A stretch of DNA of 49,836 bases, from positions 1-49,836 of IMG/VR virus record IMGVR_UViG_2563366803_000005, one strand, 5' to 3'. The translations under genes were made by a program, and so were the position numbers. The notes beneath the pieces were generated by a model. The model was not told the origin of the DNA, did no database searches, and saw only the letters and a program-made list of their open reading frames with translations. This DNA comes from a virus (taxonomy: Duplodnaviria; Heunggongvirae; Uroviricota; Caudoviricetes). This document shows positions 45,201 to 49,836 of the stretch, in pieces; the first letter of the stretch is position 1; the number at the start of each line of letters is the position of its first letter.

Positions 45201-48200
45201 ATGACAGTAAAAATTTCTGGCGTGCTTAAAGATGGCACAGGAAAACCAGTACAGAACTGCACCATTGTGCTGAAGGCCAGACGAACCAGCAGCACGGTGG
45301 TGGTGAACACGGTGGCCTCTGAAAATCCGGATGAAGCCGGACGTTACAGCATGGATGTTGAGCATGGCCAGTACAGCGTCACCCTGCTGGTTGAAGGTTT
45401 TCCGCCTTCACATGCCGGGACCATTACCGTCTATGAAGGTTCCAGACCAGGTACGCTGAATGATTTTCTCGGTGCCATGACGGAGGATGATGTCCGACCG
45501 GAGGCACTGCGCCGCTTTGAGCAGATGGTGGAAGAGGTGTCACGTAACGCCTCCGCGGTTGCACAGAATACGGCAGCCGCGAAAAAATCAGCCAGCGAGG
45601 CGGCAACTCATGCAACCGATGCTGCAGCCTCAGCACGTGCCGCCAGCACGTCAGCCGGACAGGCCGCGTCGTCGGCTCAGTCAGCGTCTTCCAGCGCAGG
45701 AACGGCATCGACAAAGGCCCGTGAAGCAGCAAAAAGTGCTGCTGCTGCAGAGTCATCAAAAAGCGCGGCAGCTACCAGCGCCAGTGCCGCGAAAACGTCA
45801 GAAACGAATGCCGCAGCATCACAAAAATCGGCAGCCACTTCTGCATCCACAGCGACCACGAAGGCGTCAGAAGCTGCCACCTCGGCACGGGGTGCGGCGG
45901 CCTCAAAAGAGGCAGCGAAATCTTCAGAAACGAATGCATCATCAAGTGCCAGTAGTGCAGCTTCCTCGGCAACGGCGGCAGGAAATTCCGCGAAGGCGGC
46001 AAAAACGTCCGAGACGAACGCTAAGTCTTCTGAAACAGCAGCGGGACAGAGCGCCTCAGCTGCGGCAGGTTCAAAAACAGCGGCTGCATTATCTGCCAGT
46101 GCCGCGTCAACAAGTGCCGGGCAGGCCTCAGCCAGTGCCACCGCCGCCGGAAAATCGGCAGAAAGCGCCGCATCATCCGCTTCAACAGCCACAACGAAAG
46201 CTGGCAAAGCCACTGAGCAAGCCACTGCAGCAGCGAGGTCTGCTTCTGCAGCAAAAACCTCTGAAACAAATGCAAAGACTTCAGCAGACAATGCTGCTTC
46301 CTCTAAGGCGGCAGCCGCATCGTCAGCCAGTTCAGCGGCGTCATCGGCATCATCTGCGTCTGCTTCAAAAGATGAGGCGACCAGACAAGCGTCAGCAGCG
46401 AAAGGTAGTGCCACGACAGCAACAACGAAAGCATCAGAGGCGGCAGGCAGTGCGACGGCTGCATCTCAGAGCAAAGTTGCTGCTGAATCCGCGGCAACGC
46501 GCGCCGAGACAGCAGCAAAACGGGCAGAGGATATTGCATCCGCCGTGGCGCTGGAGGATGCGAGCACGACGAAAAAGGGGATAGTACAGCTCAGCAGTGC
46601 AACAAACAGCACCAGTGAAAAGCTGGCGGCAACGCCAAAGGCAGTTAAAACTGTTAAAGATAGTTCAGTTCAAAAAACTGGCGACACAATGGGAGGGCAG
46701 TTAAAAATCAGCACGATAAATGCTCTTCGAATATTCAACCAAGCCTTTGGCCTTATTTTTAGGCGTTCCGAAGATCATCTTCATCTTATTCCGACTAATG
46801 AAGGGGAGGGGGAAAATGGAGACATCGGTTCATTAAGACCATTCTCTATAAACTTAAGATCAGGGTTGGTGTCCATCGGTAATGGACTAAAAGTTGGTGG
46901 TAGTGTTACTGGTAATTTGACCGGAAACGCAGATACTGCGACCAAGATCAAGACAGCACGTAAGATTGGGGGCGTGGCATTTGATGGATCGGCAGATATC
47001 AACTTGCCTGGAGTCAACGCTACCGGTAATCAAAACACTACAGGTAATGCTGCGACCGCCACGAAACTTCAGGCAGCCAGAACGATTAACGGTGTGTCAT
47101 TTGATGGTAGTGCAAATATCACATTGACCCCTTCAAATATTGGGGCATTGGCATTAACTGGAGGGACTCTTTCAGGTGGTTTAACTGCTGCTGGTGAGGT
47201 TATTTCAAGGTCAGCAAATGGTCTGCGTATTGCCTATGGCAACTATGGATTCTTTATCCGAAATGATGGATCAAACACATATTTTATGTTGACAGATTCG
47301 GGTAACAGTCTTGGTACGCACAATAGCTTAAGGCCGTTTATAATTAGTAACCATACTGGCAATGTTACAATTGCAACTAAATTAAACGCGAGTGGTGGTA
47401 TCACTGGATCTTTATCGGGTAATGCAAGCACAGCAACCAAATTGCAAACTGCAAGGACAATTAACGGCGTAAAATTTGACGGCTCGGCAAATATTGAAGC
47501 GTTTCCGCCAGGTGTTCCGCTGCCGTGGCCATCAGATACACCACCTGCAGGTTATGCGATCATGCAGGGGCAGACGTTTGATAAGGCAGCATATCCGAAA
47601 CTGGCTATTGCCTATCCTTCAGGTGTTATTCCAGATATGCGCGGCTGGACAATCAAGGGCAAACCCGCTAGTGGCCGGGCCGTATTGTCTCAGGAACAGG
47701 ACGGCATAAAATCGCACACCCACAGCGCCAGCGCATCCAGTACGGATTTGGGGACGAAAACCACATCGTCGTTTGATTACGGCACTAAATCCACGAATAA
47801 CACCGGGGCGCATACGCACAGTCTGAGTGGCTCTACGGGGTCTGCCGGTGTTCATACTCATGGTAATGGTATTCGTTGGCCAGGAGGCGGCGGTTCTGCG
47901 TTAGCATTTTATGATGGCGGTGGGTTCACTTATGTCCAGAATTCACAGTATCAAGTAAGCCCGGAGACTTCTTCCTATAGATCGTATTATCAACGTATTC
48001 AGACACAGTCAGCAGGTGCTCATACCCACTCGCTGTCTGGTACTGCAGCAAGTTCTGGCGCACATGCACATACTGTAGGTATTGGTGCGCATACGCACTC
48101 CGTTGCGATTGGTTCACATGGACACACCATCACCGTTAACGCTGCGGGTAACGCGGAAAACACCGTCAAAAACATCGCATTTAACTATATTGTGAGGCTT

Positions 48201-48206
48201 GCATAA
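45201..48206 (+). CDS. stf: Side tail fibre protein (lambda Stf-like)
   Basis: 1001 aa from ATG 45201 ([26 protein letters not shown]…). Long Ala/Ser/Thr-rich repeat region (…AAKTSETNA…) and C-terminal GAHTHS-type repeats ending …[11 protein letters not shown]. Confidence 0.85.
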   Translation: MTVKISGVLKDGTGKPVQNCTIVLKARRTSSTVVVNTVASENPDEAGRYSMDVEHGQYSVTLLVEGFPPSHAGTITVYEGSRPGTLNDFLGAMTEDDVRPEALRRFEQMVEEVSRNASAVAQNTAAAKKSASEAATHATDAAASARAASTSAGQAASSAQSASSSAGTASTKAREAAKSAAAAESSKSAAATSASAAKTSETNAAASQKSAATSASTATTKASEAATSARGAAASKEAAKSSETNASSSASSAASSATAAGNSAKAAKTSETNAKSSETAAGQSASAAAGSKTAAALSASAASTSAGQASASATAAGKSAESAASSASTATTKAGKATEQATAAARSASAAKTSETNAKTSADNAASSKAAAASSASSAASSASSASASKDEATRQASAAKGSATTATTKASEAAGSATAASQSKVAAESAATRAETAAKRAEDIASAVALEDASTTKKGIVQLSSATNSTSEKLAATPKAVKTVKDSSVQKTGDTMGGQLKISTINALRIFNQAFGLIFRRSEDHLHLIPTNEGEGENGDIGSLRPFSINLRSGLVSIGNGLKVGGSVTGNLTGNADTATKIKTARKIGGVAFDGSADINLPGVNATGNQNTTGNAATATKLQAARTINGVSFDGSANITLTPSNIGALALTGGTLSGGLTAAGEVISRSANGLRIAYGNYGFFIRNDGSNTYFMLTDSGNSLGTHNSLRPFIISNHTGNVTIATKLNASGGITGSLSGNASTATKLQTARTINGVKFDGSANIEAFPPGVPLPWPSDTPPAGYAIMQGQTFDKAAYPKLAIAYPSGVIPDMRGWTIKGKPASGRAVLSQEQDGIKSHTHSASASSTDLGTKTTSSFDYGTKSTNNTGAHTHSLSGSTGSAGVHTHGNGIRWPGGGGSALAFYDGGGFTYVQNSQYQVSPETSSYRSYYQRIQTQSAGAHTHSLSGTAASSGAHAHTVGIGAHTHSVAIGSHGHTITVNAAGNAENTVKNIAFNYIVRLA

Positions 48207-48790
48207 TGGCATTCAGAATGAGTGAACAAGCACGGACCATAAAAATTTATAATCTGCTGGCCGGAACTAATGAATTTATTGGTGAAGGTGACGCATATAT
48301 TCCGCCTCATACAGGTCTGCCAGCAAACAGTACCGATATTGCACCACCAGATATTCCTGCTGGCTTTGTGGCTGTTTTCAACAGTGATGAGGCATCGTGG
48401 CATCTCGTTGAAGACCATCGGGGTAAAACGGTTTATGACGTAGCGTCAGGGGACGAGTTATTTATTTCTGAACTCGGTCCGTTACCGGAAAATGTTACCT
48501 GGTTATCGCCGGAAGGGGAGTTTCAGAAGTGGAACGGCACAGCCTGGGTGAAGGATACGGAAGCAGAAAAACTGTTCCGGATCCGGGAGGCGGAAGAAAC
48601 AAAAAACAACCTGATGCAGGTAGCCAGTGAGCATATTGCGCCGCTTCAGGATGCTGCAGATCTGGAAATTGCAACGGAGGAAGAAACCTCATTGCTGGAA
48701 GCCTGGAAAAAGTATCGGGTGTTGCTGAACCGTGTTGATACATCAACTGCACCTGATATTGAGTGGCCTACGAACCCTGTCAGGGAGTAA
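48206..48790 (+). CDS. tfa: Tail fibre assembly protein (Tfa)
   Basis: 194 aa; ATG overlaps the stf stop; Tfa-like C-terminus (…[45 protein letters not shown]…). Confidence 0.85.
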   Translation: MAFRMSEQARTIKIYNLLAGTNEFIGEGDAYIPPHTGLPANSTDIAPPDIPAGFVAVFNSDEASWHLVEDHRGKTVYDVASGDELFISELGPLPENVTWLSPEGEFQKWNGTAWVKDTEAEKLFRIREAEETKNNLMQVASEHIAPLQDAADLEIATEEETSLLEAWKKYRVLLNRVDTSTAPDIEWPTNPVRE

Positions 48791-48844
48791 TCATTGGGAT
48801 TATGCCGCAGCACGTCTTAAGCAAGAACGTGCTGCGGTTGGATG

Positions 48845-49513
48845 CTATTTTTTCCCTGAAGCGGAAAACATTACTACAGTACCTTGAACCTTGGTTTTAA
48901 CATTCTCGAAATGCTCTGAGAGTATATGTGTTAAGCCTTCTTCGGAATCTTTTGTGTTTGAAAAGATGCCTTTCTGATTGTAAATGCGCATCAGTTTTTG
49001 ACCGAAGCTATTGTGCACAACTCCATCGCCAAGAATTGTGGCTCCGTATAGAGTTCCATCGTCAGTTAAGGCCTGCGCCGCATTGCGTATTACACAGCTT
49101 TTTGTAGATATATTTCCAGGCAGGCAGTGAAGAAGGTAAAACATGGAAATGGAATCAAATTGACCATGTAACGCCGCGGGATAAGGTTCAAAAACATCAT
49201 GGCTAATTTTATGTTTAATTTTTGATTCCCCAGCCCTTGTAGATGCCGCGTTCAGGCTAGCTTCGTTCAAATCCATTAAAGATATCAGACTACTCTCAGG
49301 TACGTGAGTAAGGTAAAACCCAGTTCCAACACCAATATCCAGATGGTTGTTACCTACATGTTCCAGAAAGTGTGGAAGAAGGTGTTCCTTTGTAGGACAT
49401 CCCCATGCAAGCCGATTTGATACTCCCAAAACCCACCAGTCATAAAGCTTTAGGGTAAGTGGTGTGTAAATTTTAGCCCCATCATCTGTGTTTTTTTTCA
49501 TTGATTTCACCAT
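48845..49513 (-). CDS. Class I SAM-dependent methyltransferase (cargo gene)
   Basis: 222 aa (or start at MKKNTDD, 49501). Motif I LDIGVGTGFY, post-I acidic residue (…ISLMDLNEASL), motif II-like DSISMFYLLHCLP. AT-rich; opposite strand to the tail genes. Confidence 0.65.
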   Translation of the reverse strand: MVKSMKKNTDDGAKIYTPLTLKLYDWWVLGVSNRLAWGCPTKEHLLPHFLEHVGNNHLDIGVGTGFYLTHVPESSLISLMDLNEASLNAASTRAGESKIKHKISHDVFEPYPAALHGQFDSISMFYLLHCLPGNISTKSCVIRNAAQALTDDGTLYGATILGDGVVHNSFGQKLMRIYNQKGIFSNTKDSEEGLTHILSEHFENVKTKVQGTVVMFSASGKK

Positions 49514-49569
49514 GTTATAGTTTTATTTGTGAATTAAATCAATTATGGCGATGAATTACAAGGGGTTAA

Positions 49570-49836
49570 ATGCTGCCGCAGCATAGCGATATTGAAATAG
49601 CCTGGTATGCTTCGATACAGCAGGAGCCGAATGACTGGAAGACCGTCACCACACAGTTCCACATCCAGGAATTCAGTGAATATATTGCGCCACTGCAGGA
49701 TGCTGTAGATCTGGAAATCGCAACGGCGGAAGAAAGATCGTTGCTGGAGGCATGGAATAAATATCGGGTATTGTTGAATCGTGTTGATACATCAACTGCA
49801 CCTGATATTGAGTGGCCGACTTCACCTGCAGAGTAA
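49570..49836 (+). CDS. Tfa C-terminal-domain paralogue (truncated tail-fibre assembly gene)
   Basis: 88 aa with its own RBS (ACAAGGGG); C-terminal about 50 aa roughly 85% identical to the Tfa C-terminus at 48206-48790. Confidence 0.45.
   Translation: MLPQHSDIEIAWYASIQQEPNDWKTVTTQFHIQEFSEYIAPLQDAVDLEIATAEERSLLEAWNKYRVLLNRVDTSTAPDIEWPTSPAE
49685..49836 (+). repeat. ~150-bp direct repeat of the tfa 3' end (partner of 48640-48790)
   Basis: GCC(G/A)CT(T/G)CAGGATGCTG…GTTGATACATCAACTGCACCTGATATTGAGTGGCC…; flanks the methyltransferase gene. Confidence 0.6.

Noticed and set aside
45487-46584. 365-aa and other long ORFs in alternative frames or antisense within stf
   Set aside because: These are low-complexity R/P/Q-rich translations of the Ala/Ser-rich repeat DNA in stf; artefacts of repetitive GC-rich sequence.
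48845-49513. NleE/OspZ-type effector methyltransferase
   Set aside because: Considered because of the effector-rich tail-fibre-proximal position in EHEC prophages, but the sequence shows a classical class I SAM-methyltransferase motif I (DIGVGTG) and no resemblance to NleE as recalled.
1-49836. CRISPR array or cas genes
   Set aside because: No regularly spaced direct repeats with unique spacers were seen; the repeats present are iterons, operator motifs and gene-fragment duplications.
48206-49836. Pin/Gin-type invertible tail-fibre segment
   Set aside because: The duplicated tfa 3' ends are direct, not inverted, and no serine invertase gene is present in the window.

Overview
This window is most of a lambdoid (lambda/EHEC-type) prophage of an Escherichia-like host, read left to right from the integrase. 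Calls rest on reading the ORF translations and the DNA by eye; no database search was run. Layout: int/xis and a large DEDDh exonuclease (minus strand); AT-rich small morons; an immunity region where a CI/DicA-like repressor is co-operonic with a small antitoxin and a ParE-family toxin, divergent from a Cro-like gene; replication genes (O-like with internal iterons, DnaC-like loader); about 12 small early ORFs with repeated regulatory motifs; a hok-like type I toxin; DUF968-like, RusA and a putative Q antiterminator with a tR'-type terminator; a moron locus at the position where Stx phages carry stx (no stx here) followed by a NanS-p-like esterase; a lysis cassette (dual-start holin, an uncharacterised 296-aa insert, SAR endolysin, Rz/Rz1); a lambda-identical cosN; and a complete lambda-order head and tail module (Nu1, A, W, B, C, D, E, FI, FII, Z, U, V, G/G-T, H, M, L, K, I, J, Lom, Stf, Tfa). 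An IS200-like element sits between lom and stf, and an AT-rich SAM-methyltransferase cargo gene flanked by tfa-derived direct repeats lies at the right end. No single confirmed novel system stands out; the best candidates are the structured small-ORF array (9.3-13.1 kb), the stx-site moron (16.0-17.3 kb), the gene inserted between holin and endolysin (20.2-21.1 kb), the non-coding insert between I and J (39.6-40.0 kb) and the methyltransferase cassette (48.8-49.5 kb).
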